Origin: Spirogloea muscicola
Taxonomy: Eukaryota
Assembly: GCA_009602725.1 (NCBI GenBank)
Contig: WELB01000015.1
Coordinates: 1,201,737-1,251,002 of the forward strand
Length of the DNA stretch: 49,266 nucleotides
Reading direction: 5' to 3'
Below, in pieces: positions 21,411 to 32,520 of this stretch (position 1 is the stretch's first letter; each line of letters begins with the position of its first letter). A program made the translations under genes and the position numbers. The notes beneath the pieces are model-generated. The model did not search any database, was not told the origin of the DNA, and saw only the letters and a program-made list of their open reading frames with translations.

Positions 21411-23569
21411 GAAATTTTACTGTAATAGATCTGCTTATCCTCTGATTCTCTGAATGTAGATTTCTGTAGATTTCGTCTAACATGGTGGACAAATGCATGG
21501 CTGTAAAGAGAGATCACTACAGCCTGTCAATCATTCAGGGTATCAAGTCAACATCCACTTGACGAGCCATACTGTTTGCGTGGAAGTCATCTTCTCCCTT
21601 TTTGCTTGTGCCTTCCCCCTACCTCCTTGCAACCAGTCACGGCATGCGCCCCTTAGACAGAGCTTAGTCTTTTGCACTGGATGCATTGTGCTGCTACCAC
21701 AGCCGCCCTTCAAGATGGGCAAATGAATATTGAAGAGCCGATTGTTGCCTTCGAGCCGACGTCTTAGAAGTCGGGCTTGGAGCTGTACCTTCCTCCTATG
21801 GGGTGCGTGGGCTTGAGCCTAAGTTTGGCAGCTCTTTACCAAGTCTTGTGGGCAAGGGCTTTGCCAGCTGGGGAGATGGAGAGAGTGCAGACAAGGCACA
21901 TAAAGACATGGTAATCCACCACTAACTCTGGAAGCTCTTGAGCTCGAACTCGAGCTAAGACCACTTGCAGCTGCTTCGCTACTTGTGGCCCAGCGTCTCC
22001 AAATCTTCACCAAGGTCGCGCTGCAGACTTGCTGCCTGCTGCTCGCAAGTGCACTGGCACCAGCGGCTGCGCCTTCGTCCTGCACTTTCGAGCACTGCTT
22101 AGTGCTACGACTACATGGAATATGATGTTTCTCATTGCTTTTATGTGCAATATTTGGAGGTCAGTAGGAGCACAGAGAAGTTGCCTGCAGCCTCCCTCAC
22201 TTTGACTTCAAGCTCAAGCCTTGTGTCCTGCAACCATCTTCTCTGACATTGAATTGCGCTCTCCTTCTGCAGCATGTACTGGCAACAGAAATACCATGGT
22301 GCCTTTTGCACCTGGTATGGCAATGTCAATGTAATCAGCATACAGCAGAAGGAGTGCTTGCTGTGAGGCCAATCTCTTGATACCTACTTACATTAGGGGT
22401 CCTCGTCGCTCCACCGTTGAGCTGCATGAGCTGCAGCCAGAAGCATTCGATTATTAACGTATCTACACCAGGCCGTCTGAGTTTATACAGAAAAGCCGAG
22501 TTGCGGCTGCTTACTAGGCTGTGTCAGCCTCCTCTGCTGACATCGTCGTGCCTCGACACTCCAAAAAGTTTGGGCTGGCCAACCACAGCCATCTGCACCA
22601 CTTCATACCCTTGCACAAAGCGAAGCCCTAGGCAAGGAGGCGCTACATCAAGAGGGCGATGGCAGAGCTGAAGGGGGGCTTAAGTACCCACGCGTGATGA
22701 AAGTCTGATAGGCTAGCTTGGGAAGCCGGAGCACTGCCACGGAAGCCAGTGGCCTTGCTTAGTGCGCGCCCAGCTCGCTGGTGAATGGCCAAAGCCTGAG
22801 AGCACAGAGGACCAGTGGGCAAGTGATGCATCTTACTGAGTATTTCATCTCCACTAAACCATGTTGCAGCCACAGAAATAGCAGAAAGAGGTGTAATCTT
22901 CATCTTCAGGTTGATGGCAGTAGCTATGGTAAAATGAGGGTAGGTATCCATCCAGCCATCATTACCGTCGCAAAACGACAGTAAATGAGTGCCATGGAAA
23001 TAAGTACTGAACGCGTCACTTCTCGCACTCAACAACCTGAGTGACTTCGGGACCTTGTGTTTGACGAGTCACAATGAATATAACGAATTACCAGAGGTGC
23101 AGCGTAACGCCCCTTTATAGTCGTAAGAGATACTGTTTACGCGCTAGCAACAAGAGAAACGTCTTTGACCCGTATTCTAGCATGTTCAGCGGGAATATAT
23201 TCGAAGTCTGTGCCATGGTCTTTCTTTCTGAGATCCTGTTCTTCTGATGGCCTTCTGCATGCACTGCAACTCCTTGGCTGCTCTATTGAATTGTTGACAA
23301 TTGGAGTGTCACTTCGTCTGTCTACATTTTGGTACATAAACAGTCCACTTTTGAACTTGCACTTACTGCTCCATGCAAGGGCTACAGCAGCTTGAAGAGC
23401 CAGCAATCTGGAGGATCAGGGGTGGAAAATATTGTTCTGAAGCAAATGCACCAGATGCAGCCTCTGCAATGCTAAGTGCTGGCTGTTGCGCAGCTCATAG
23501 TGCAGCTTTGCACAACCCACAGCCCACAGGGCACAGCGCATCTGAGAAAGTTACTTGTCAACCAGCTTC

Positions 23570-26500
23570 CTATGAAAGTGGGCTACAATTGCCAGAAGTG
23601 GCTGTGGTGTTGCAACAAGCTGCACTAGCTTGTGCACTGCCGCACATAGATAAAGTAGCCACTGTTGCCTTGCCAGCATGACTGTGGAGCTGCTCCTCCT
23701 GCTGACACTGTTCCAAGGCGCAGCTCATGGCACAGCTGCTTGGAACACATGGCGCAGTACAGCAGGAATGACCTGATTGGGCTTTGCCACAGGAAGGACT
23801 GACTGGTGGATACCTGCGAGCAAGATGGGTCTCCTTCTGTGCGTGCTTGTGAGAGCATTTGACAGTACGGCTGCTTGAAGCAGTCGCCCCCTCGCCATAC
23901 GAGGAGGCAAGTGGCGCGGTGCTGCAGCAAGATGCATTTACAGATGCTGATTTGCACGAGTGCCGAGCCCTCTGAAATTGTGCCCGATGCGGGTCTTCTG
24001 TGAGCCCCACAGCAGGAGAAGAGTCACCATGATGACCCTTGTGCTTGTGAATGGACTTGCAAGTGCCATGCCCGATCGATCGCCTCTCAACCCGCTGAAG
24101 GATCCTCAGAGAGTTGGCAATTACTACCAGGGTGGTGCCCACATCCGCCAAGAGAGCAGCCCACAGCGAAGCCCAGCCGCCTATAGCAAGCCCCACGACA
24201 ACTCCTTTTGTGACGATAGACAGAACTACATTCTGCAGCAACAAGTGCAGGCAAATATTAGATTGCATCATCAGTAAATTCATCAGCATTGCCAGGCAAC
24301 AATGATGTGCATCCTGCTTGAATGGCAGCCGGGCAGAGAGAAGAAATGCTAACTTAGGTGGTGGTACCAAAACACTGCTGTTATTGCTGCAGGCGAGGGT
24401 AGTGACAGACACAAGGAGGGGCACATCCATGCACATCAGTCACCTGGATGATCTTATTTCTGCAGCTTCTTCCTAGCACAAGTGCCTTCTCGATGCCATG
24501 CAGATCATCCTGCATCAGAGCAACATCGGCCACTTCTACAGCTAGCGCTGATCCAGCTGCGCCCATTGCTATGCCCAGGTCTGCAGCAGCCAAGGCTGGA
24601 GCATCATTGATCCCGTCGCCCACCATGCCAGTCATTCCTCCCCGCTTAAGCGTACATAGTACTTGCACCTTGTCTTCAGGCAGTAGCTCAGAGTACACAT
24701 CGATGTTCCCCACCTACACAACCAAGTCCAACAAGAGGCTCTGCAAGAGTATAAGACAGAGGGTGGATCAAGCGTGCTGCAGCAAGCTTTGGAGCAGTTG
24801 CAGACCCGCATATGAGGAACGTCCCCGGTAGCACAAGGTTGTCACCTGCTGCTGAATTGCTTGAGCTGCACCAGAATTGTCCCCAGTCAGCATCGCAACA
24901 TGGATGCCTCTCCCCTGCAAAGTGCATGTGTCTCATGAGACAGTCAGCTCCCTCTCTCCACAGTCATCTTCATAAGCATGAGACCTGTCGCAACATCCAT
25001 CAGGTTGCCATGTTTCCTTCCTCACTCTCATGCAGTACCGGAAAATTTTGAGATAATTGGACATTCTACCAGCTAAGTAGCTCTGGCCACTGGCCATAGC
25101 ACACGGTCCTTCATCTTGGTAGCTAAGACTAGACACTCAGGCACATATGAATTCTAATACGTGCCTGGACCCCAGATAAGCATTCAAAGCCACCTGAACG
25201 ATTCTACTTTACAAGTCATGACAACATCTCACTCATCAACATTGACATTGACAAAGAATGCAGATAAGTCACAAGGAACTTGCCTTTAGATTCTGCAGGG
25301 CCGTCTTGGCCTCGGGACGTGCTTCATCATTCACGCTGAAGATGGCAAGGGGCTGGCCATCAGCTCCGATGTATCCGACCGTGCCACCTTCCTCTGACCA
25401 CCTCGCCAGTACTTGAGAATCCAGCTCTGTCACGGTAGGGAGGCATGTCACGACCCTAGCATGTATGACAGGCTCCGGACAACCTACAGACCACCAACTT
25501 CAAGCACTTCATATTCTTGTAGCACATTCTTTCATTGTAACTATTGAAGAGATATTGCAAACAGTGCCAGACAATAGTGCAGGACTCATGTCTTGCGTAC
25601 CTGTCAGCCAACCTAGGCGACTTGCCATGCGCTTGTTGCCGACACGAATCACTCGCCCTTCAACCTCCGCGGCAATACCTTCTCCGGCTAGAGTTTCAAA
25701 ATTGTCTACTAAGCCTCTGGCTTTGACACCATGTACATTTGCATAGAGCACCAAGGCCGGGGCCACAGGGTGACTTGCTTGTGCCTCCACCGATGCCAGC
25801 CTACAGAAGAGTGAAGATTCCGTCAGCATGGAAACTACAGCATTAGTACTTAGCATGCGCTCTGGTGGCCTCACTGATACTGACAATCCTGGCTGGTTGT
25901 AAGGCTGGCACATGAACCCAGTCACATTGGATATGCAAGTAAAGTGAGTGCAGAACCAGTCCACTTCTCCAGCCTGTATCATCTACTTCAGGTTGTGCTG
26001 ACAAGTGCAGGTATTGTCAGACTGCAAGGCTGCACATAGCAGGACAGTCTTCTGACCAGGAGAGTATTTGGCTGAGCTCCACCGTCTCCGTCAACACTTG
26101 AAAGTGTGCTACCCGAAAGAGACCCCTAGTTAACGTCCCAGTCTTATCAAAGGCCAACACTTTCAACCGGCCAAGAGTTTCGAGGTGACGGCCTCCTTTT
26201 ATGAGTATCCCACATCGTGCACCCTGGAGAAAAGTTGTGCCCAAACAGCAGCTCAGATGCGTCGGCCATGCATTCATGTCCTTGGCCATGGCCAGCTTAG
26301 CAACTACTATATTCAGTTACTCTTGCACACTTACTAGCGGTAGATTAGCACAGCCAATCAAGCAAACCAGCACAGAACAGACGCCTCACCTGTGCTAGTC
26401 CAGCAATAGTGGTGATAGGTGTTGAGATGACTAGTGCACATGGACAGGCAACCACCAACAGGACCAGGGCCAGGTATAACCAGTGTCTGATGTTGGGTAC

Positions 26501-29500
26501 ACCAATTGCCAAGGGAATGACAGTGACCAGAGTTGCTGCCAGTCATTGTTGAGATGGTTTTGATAAGTTCGTGTGCCAACACTTGCAAGTATCTAGAGCT
26601 GTTACGGGAGCGACACATGTCAGCAGACTGAGTGAGGTACCAACAAACATGACTGTAACACATTGTAGAACAGCGACTTCTTGACAAGGAGATACTTGGC
26701 ACACAAGACACAGGTAGCCAGAAATTGTGTTGTGGAGTGCAGCACCGCTCAGAAGAACAGCTGGAGTGTAGTAACGAGCACAGGCCTCCACAAACTGTTC
26801 AGTCTTTGATCTTTGTTTCTGGGCGTCCTCAACAAGTTGGACAAGCTTTGCCACTGCTGAATCCTTTGCAAGAGCCATTGTAAGGACCCTCAGAGGACCT
26901 GCATGTTGAGGCAAAGCAGTTTGATTTGGAAAATTTTGTGGAATGGGAATCGAAAATCGAGGTATCTAAATCTGCCATATACCACTTCTGCAGCTAGGAA
27001 CTCCCTACTTACTGGTGGTGTTGATCGTGCCAGCCCACACCATTGACCCACTATCCTTGGTGACGGGCCGTGACTCGCCAGTCAGATTGCTCTCATCCAC
27101 AGTGCTGGTCCCAGAGACTACCTTGGAGTCTACAGGTATCTTCTCCCCTGGCTTCACTAGTAAGATTGAGCCAACTTCAAGTGACTCCACAGGCACCCTC
27201 ACCCCAGAGTCAGCAAGCAGTGCAGTCTCTGGGGCAAGGTTTATGATGTCCTCAATCGCATGTCTAGCCTGCCATCACAACCAGCCCTGTCAGATTGTCC
27301 ATAATATGATGGTCCACACAAACCCTAATGACATGTTTAAAGAGGGGTTAAAGAGGCACTGTATACATGTGTCCAAGATAAATGAATGTGTCCAGACGTT
27401 CCGTCACTTTCCTCAGAGGAAATCGCAACCTGTCTGAGTGAAGGAGTGCAGGAGAAAGTCAAAGAATGCTCATGGATCTCAAGACAACCTGAATGTGATC
27501 TTATAATGCAAAATAAAGTGACCAAAGTCTACCTTCTCTGTCGACCTCGTCTCCAGATATTCAGATAGTGCAAACAAGAATACAACAGTCGCCCCCTCCA
27601 CATAGTCACCTAAGGCAATGGCACCGACCACTGCAGAAGCCAGGGATTTATGAGCATCCGTTGCAGGTGATATTCCACTTGTAATAAGAACGTGTGACAC
27701 CAGCTGACAAGTTTCTCGCATTCGGAAAGATGCAAGCTCTACATCCATGGCAGCACATGAAGTACAATCCCCAGAAGTACACAGTACCTGCTATGGTCAT
27801 GAGGGTGTTGATGTCACAAATGTAACGAGATAACGACCTGATACTCTTCAACAGGGTAGATGGTAACTTTATTGCTACGGAAGCCAATGCCACCCATTTA
27901 AGAGGAGGATACAGATATTTGAACAAGGCAACCCCCAGCAGAAGGCCACAAAGAATGGTCCAGCAACTTGGCCATCTTGACCTTGGCTGTGAGTTGCCCC
28001 TCCTGTGAATGCTTGCATCCAATTTGGCTTCGTTAAGAATGCGTACTGCACGCAAAAGTAGGAAATACATCAATCGGCCTGTCCCTCTCAATGACCAGAG
28101 ACGATGCAAGCCTCCTTCTACTCCACTGTGACTGCAGATAATCTAATATGCAAAGCTGAAGCAGTTGTACCGGTACCAATACTTTCAACCAAGAAAGCGT
28201 TGTGGCATGTGCAAGAATGCAAGCAGCTGAGAGCTTCGTATTTTCCTACACATTGATCAATAGAGGAGAACTCTGACGTCAGGCCTAAACCCTAAACCCT
28301 CAAAATGGTCGCTCACCAAGCTGGACATCACTCGTGAGCTTGCCATCATAGATGACAGTCGTAGTCTTCAATACAGCATTCACCGTGACTTCAATTACAC
28401 CAGGTTGGGGCTTCAGAAGATTTGTGACCAGACCACTTTCAGAAGGACAACAAAGCCCAAAAATATTCAAAGTGGTCTTCTGAAGTTGATGTGTTGGTGA
28501 AGTCACAACCACTTCAAGGGCTTCTTCCTGCTTTACCTCGTCTATGAGTGACTGATGGGTATGGGGTGACCTGAGTCCACGAGGTCCACAGCATGAGCAG
28601 CAGTCATCAGTCATTCTACTCTACAGCACCGAGCATAAGCTCAACAATCATTGCTGTCCGCTTGGAAGTACCACGCCTTCACAAGCTGAGCTAGCGAATG
28701 CCTCAGTCAAAGCGCTTGTCTGTATGCACACTCTCTGCAGCTCGTCCTGACCATGACCCTCTCTCCCAAAGAGCGAACTCCGTAGTACTTATGATGTCCA
28801 GCGCTTTTTCCCTCTCAAGAGCATCTACTGCCTTCAAGAAGAAAAGCGCGGCCGAATTGACTGGTGGCTGGGAGAAGCCAGCCCAAAAGGAATGGACAAG
28901 GTCAAGAGGAGCCGAATGGCGCAGAGCCATGTACATGTACAGGTCAAGTAACTGCTGCACTGTACCTGCCGCAGGGTCTGGTGGTGTGCATGACCGCACT
29001 GTTGCATGGGGATGCACTGTGTACACTGGGACTCTCTACTTCAGAATCTTGAAATTGGAAGAGTTGTTGATGGCGCCGTCGTCGGGTTGTACTCAAGGGT
29101 GAGCCAATGGGTACAAATCTTCCGTGTTCGTGAAAGTGGTGAGATCCATCCCTCCTGATCCAAAAAGTATCAAGTGCATTAGACCTGTCCAGCCCGTTCT
29201 TGGATAGACAGTGTCTTGACCAGAACGCTGAGCTGGAATCAGAGGATCCAGGCGATCATGGTCTAAAAAGATTGAGCAGGACCCGCGTGCCGAACTAGTG
29301 GCCTGGCCCACGTTACACATTGCAAGTGCATAAGGCCCAAACTATCCCTGTCCATGTCGGTGAACAGAAGGCACAGCTAGTCACCCCGCATGAGGATGAC
29401 GCAAGACAAAGGAACCATCCTCCATCGGAAGGAGGAAGTCAGTGTGATCTCCATGGAAGATGGGTTCATGCCCGCAGCCTTCTGTATGAAGGTGCTCCGC

Positions 29501-30069
29501 TGCCTCAGAGAGCTCATCTGTGCAATTGACAAGTTCCTGTGACGCTGCTGTAGCTGGCAAGTCACAGAGCTCCTTTTGGCACTGCAAAACAACATCACCC
29601 GATTACTTGCAAACCTTGCCTTATGCTGCAACTCGCAAACTCCATATGAGATACTTGCACCTCGGCCACATTATGAATGCATTACAATCCTTGCAATGAG
29701 CTGAGAGCAATATTCTATAACTTGTCAATTGCTGAAAGTGGTGATCCCAGCCCATCTGCCTTTTGGATTGAAAGTGCTGAAGTGAGCAACGGGACGCGTG
29801 CGCCATGCAGCGCACCTGGTCGAGTGTGACCTCCTGTGTGATCTCTCCGTCATGGACGTGAGCATGGACATGGTCCGTGTCTTTCAGGCAACAGGCGTCA
29901 ATGCCACCGTCGTCCGAGCGGTCGTGGGCAGCGGGCGGCGGAGCCCGCGCGTCGTCGTGGTCGTGGTCCACAAAGCAGATGGAGGAGGAGAGGGCTGGCG
30001 GGATGGTGACGCACGTGAAGCGGCCGGAGCGGTTGAGGAGGTAGTAGCTGCTGCACGACGCCAGGCGGC

Positions 30070-30101
<32 letters not shown>

Positions 30102-30145
30102 ACTCGCTTGGCGGTGATCAGCGAGTCCAACAGGGAGGCCGCCAT
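23570..30145 (-). CDS. Zn/Cd-transporting P1B-2 ATPase (HMA2/3/4-like) with long His/Cys-rich N- and C-terminal extensions
   Basis: HMA domain [13 protein letters not shown] (CCxxE), [79 protein letters not shown] and [10 protein letters not shown]. The tail has HKHKGHH and CC dipeptides. 5' exons are 30145-29816, 29581-29385, 29154-28966 and 28570-28317, and their phases are consistent. The C-terminus could extend by splicing to ~23137. Confidence 0.92.
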
Positions 30146-30194
30146 GGCGGCGGCGGCCGCGAGGCGAGTGCAAAAGATTGGAGCTGCTGATAAT

Positions 30195-30890
30195 GAAAAA
30201 GCGGCTGTAAAAGAAAGAAAGAAATTGGTCGCCCATAGGATAAAGAAGAAAGAAAGAGCGCGCCCATAGAGAAAGGGGGCCAGCAAAAGAAGAAAGAGCG
30301 CGCCCATAGAGCTTCGCCCATTGAGGATAGGGGCTGGACAAGCCAGCCCAAAAAAGAATGAACAAAGAACGAGAAGGGGGCCTACTCTCCCAATCACGAC
30401 AACATACTAGGGAAGCTCAGTACCCGCGAGTGAGCAACATCAGGTCCGAGTAGCTCGAGGCAGGGAAGGAGGCACTCCGCCGAGACCCGGAGAAAGGGGG
30501 CCAGCAAAGCCAGCCCAGAAAGAATGGACAAGGAAAGGAAGGGCAGGCAGAGCCAGCCCAGAAAAGACAATATGGACAATATCCAAAAACGGTGAAACTG
30601 TAAAAAGAAAGAAAGTGGCACTCCCAATGGGGGCAAGGGCTGCGAAAAGCCAGCCAAAAAGAATTCACAAAGGTTCAGAGGGGCCTAAGAGCGGTGAGCA
30701 GCTACAAAAAGAAGAAGGGCTCGCCCATTGAGAATATGGGCTGGAACAGCCAGCCCAAAAAAGAATGAACAGAGTATAAGAAGAGGGGGGGGGAAGCCAG
30801 GCGAAGCCCTAAGGCGAAGCAGCAGAAATGACAAGCACACAAGAAAAACAAAGCAGCTACTAACCACTCAGTAACCCCTGCTAAGCAGGC
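30195..30890. repeat. Modular repeat array (left arm of an inverted-repeat structure)
   Basis: Recurring modules: gaaagagcgcgcccataga, agccagccca(a/g)aaagaatg(a/g)aca, agaaagggggccagcaaa and aagtggcactcccaatgggggcaagggctgc. The same modules occur inverted at 31890-32115, in the HMA intron at 28868-28910, and again at 49160-49266. Confidence 0.85.
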
Positions 30891-31304
30891 CGCAGGTCGG
30901 AGAGGCTATGNNNNNNNNNNNNNNNNNNNNNNNNNNNNNNNNNNNNNNNNNNNNNNNNNNNNNNNNNNNNNNNNNNNNNNNNNNNNNNNNNNNNNNNNNN
31001 NNNNNNNNNNNNNNNNNNNNNNNNNNNNNNNNNNNNNNNNNNNNNNNNNNNNNNNNNNNNNNNNNNNNNNNNNNNNNNNNNNNNNNNNNNNNNNNNNNNN
31101 NNNNNNNNNNNNNNNNNNNNNNNNNNNNNNNNNNNNNNNNNNNNNNNNNNNNNNNNNNNNNNNNNNNNNNNNNNNNNNNNNNNNNNNNNNNNNNNNNNNN
31201 NNNNNNNNNNNNNNNNNNNNNNNNNNNNNNNNNNNNNNNNNNNNNNNNNNNNNNNNNNNNNNNNNNNNNNNNNNNNNNNNNNNNNNNNNNNNNNNNNNNN
31301 NNNN

Positions 31305-31595
31305 GCCTTGCAGCGAGCGGCCTTCGAGGCAGCGTGGCCGGCCCGCGAGGCAGAGAGCCCCAGGTTGGAGCGGTCGACCACATCGGTGGTGACTACATCG
31401 GCTATGATCCGCGCGCCACCTCCCGGCGTGGACGCCACCAGGTCCACACGACGCGTATGGTGTCCGTCAGCCCTCTCGAGGATGGGCATGACCGAGGCGT
31501 TCTCCATCGCCACCGTGTAGCCCGCCTCCTGAAAGATCCCGAACATAGCATCACGCAAGAGGTAGTGCGCAGCTGTTCGTTCGCCTCCAGTGGCG
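31305..31595 (-). mobile_element. Fragment of a non-LTR retrotransposon restriction-like endonuclease (RLE, PD-(D/E)xK; CRE/R2-type), truncated by gap
   Basis: GGERTAAHYLLRDAMFGIFQEAGYTVAME...RRVDLVAST.GG.RIIADVVTTD...ASRAGHAASKAARCK follows the H..RD / R.D / D..V / K pattern of the RLE domain in CRE-like elements. No reverse transcriptase is visible. Confidence 0.75.
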
Positions 31596-31689
31596 CCGCC
31601 AGCTCCGCCGGGTCCGTCGACCGCTCCCCACATTCTGAATAAAGAAGAATAAAGGCTGTAAAAAGGCCAGCCAGATGCAGACAGGTGAA

Positions 31690-32115
31690 GGGAGGTAGGG
31701 GTTACTGAATGTTGCATAGCCACTTTGATTCCGTGTGTGCTTTAAGCGCGTTCCCTGGCTTTTCGGACTTTGTTAACACTTTTCTGTGGGCTAACCTCTC
31801 CCAGCCACCGCCCCTCTCCTGGAAGCGTCGTCTTTCCGGGGGTATTGAGCTTCCTGTGATTTCGTCGTGTCTTCTTCTCTAGCTGCCTAGCTGTGTGTTT
31901 TTTGTTTTTGTGTTTTTTGGCTTTTGACATTGTCCATTCTCTCTGGGCTGGCTTTGCTGGCCCCCTTTCTCTTAGAGGAGTCCTTCCTCGGCTTCTCATT
32001 CTTCGGCTTTGGACATTGTCCATTCTTTTTGGGCTGGCTTTGCCAGCCCCTCTTTCTTTATGGGCGAGCCTTCTTCTTTCTCTATGGGCGCGCTCTTTCT
32101 TTCTTTCTTTCTTTC
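31690..32115. repeat. Modular repeat array (right arm, inverted relative to 30195-30890)
   Basis: ctttctctatgggcgcgctctttctttc (~32076-32105) is the reverse complement of ~30249-30275. tgtccattct.tctgggctggctttgctggccccctttct (31931-31970) is the reverse complement of 30490-30530. Confidence 0.85.
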
Positions 32116-32520
32116 GCCCTGCCAGCCTCCCGGCCGACGCACCGCCCCGGAGCTGGTGCCGCCGCCGCCGCCCGCCGGCGCCCGGCCCGCACTCAGGGGC
32201 CTGCGGTGCCGCATGCCGCGCCCTCACCCTGGCTCGACGGCCTCCCTTGACGCACAGTGGCGGCGGCACGACCGTCGGCCTGCGCAGCGCCCTCTGCGGA
32301 GCCGAGCAGGGACTGCCCTTGAGTGCCGTGCAGCAGGGCAGCAGGGCTTGTTCAGCGACCGGACAGCATCGACAGCGATGCTGCCGCTTCATACAGCTCC
32401 ACGACTGTGAAGGCAGGACAATCAGCTCGCAGAGGAAGGGGTTTGGCACGGGCCGTTGAGCAGTTTCCAGACTGAAAGTGACAGTCAGGCTTGCGCACTC
32501 TGACGCCTAGCTGCAGCCTC

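Noticed and set aside
28570..28614. [11 protein letters not shown] as the N-terminus of the Zn/Cd ATPase
   Set aside because: Phase-consistent upstream exons with a strong start at 30145 splice best to the ctcag|G acceptor at 28570, leaving this peptide intronic. It is not excluded as an alternative start.
29621..30668. Phe/Leu-rich 'membrane protein' ORFs (29898-30668, 31893-32250)
   Set aside because: These are translations of the CTTT-rich repeat arms. Only the part from ATG 30145 downward is coding.
30195..30890. Repeat modules as a CRISPR-like array
   Set aside because: The units are variable and shuffled, lack unique spacers of constant length, sit in a eukaryotic context, and have no cas genes.
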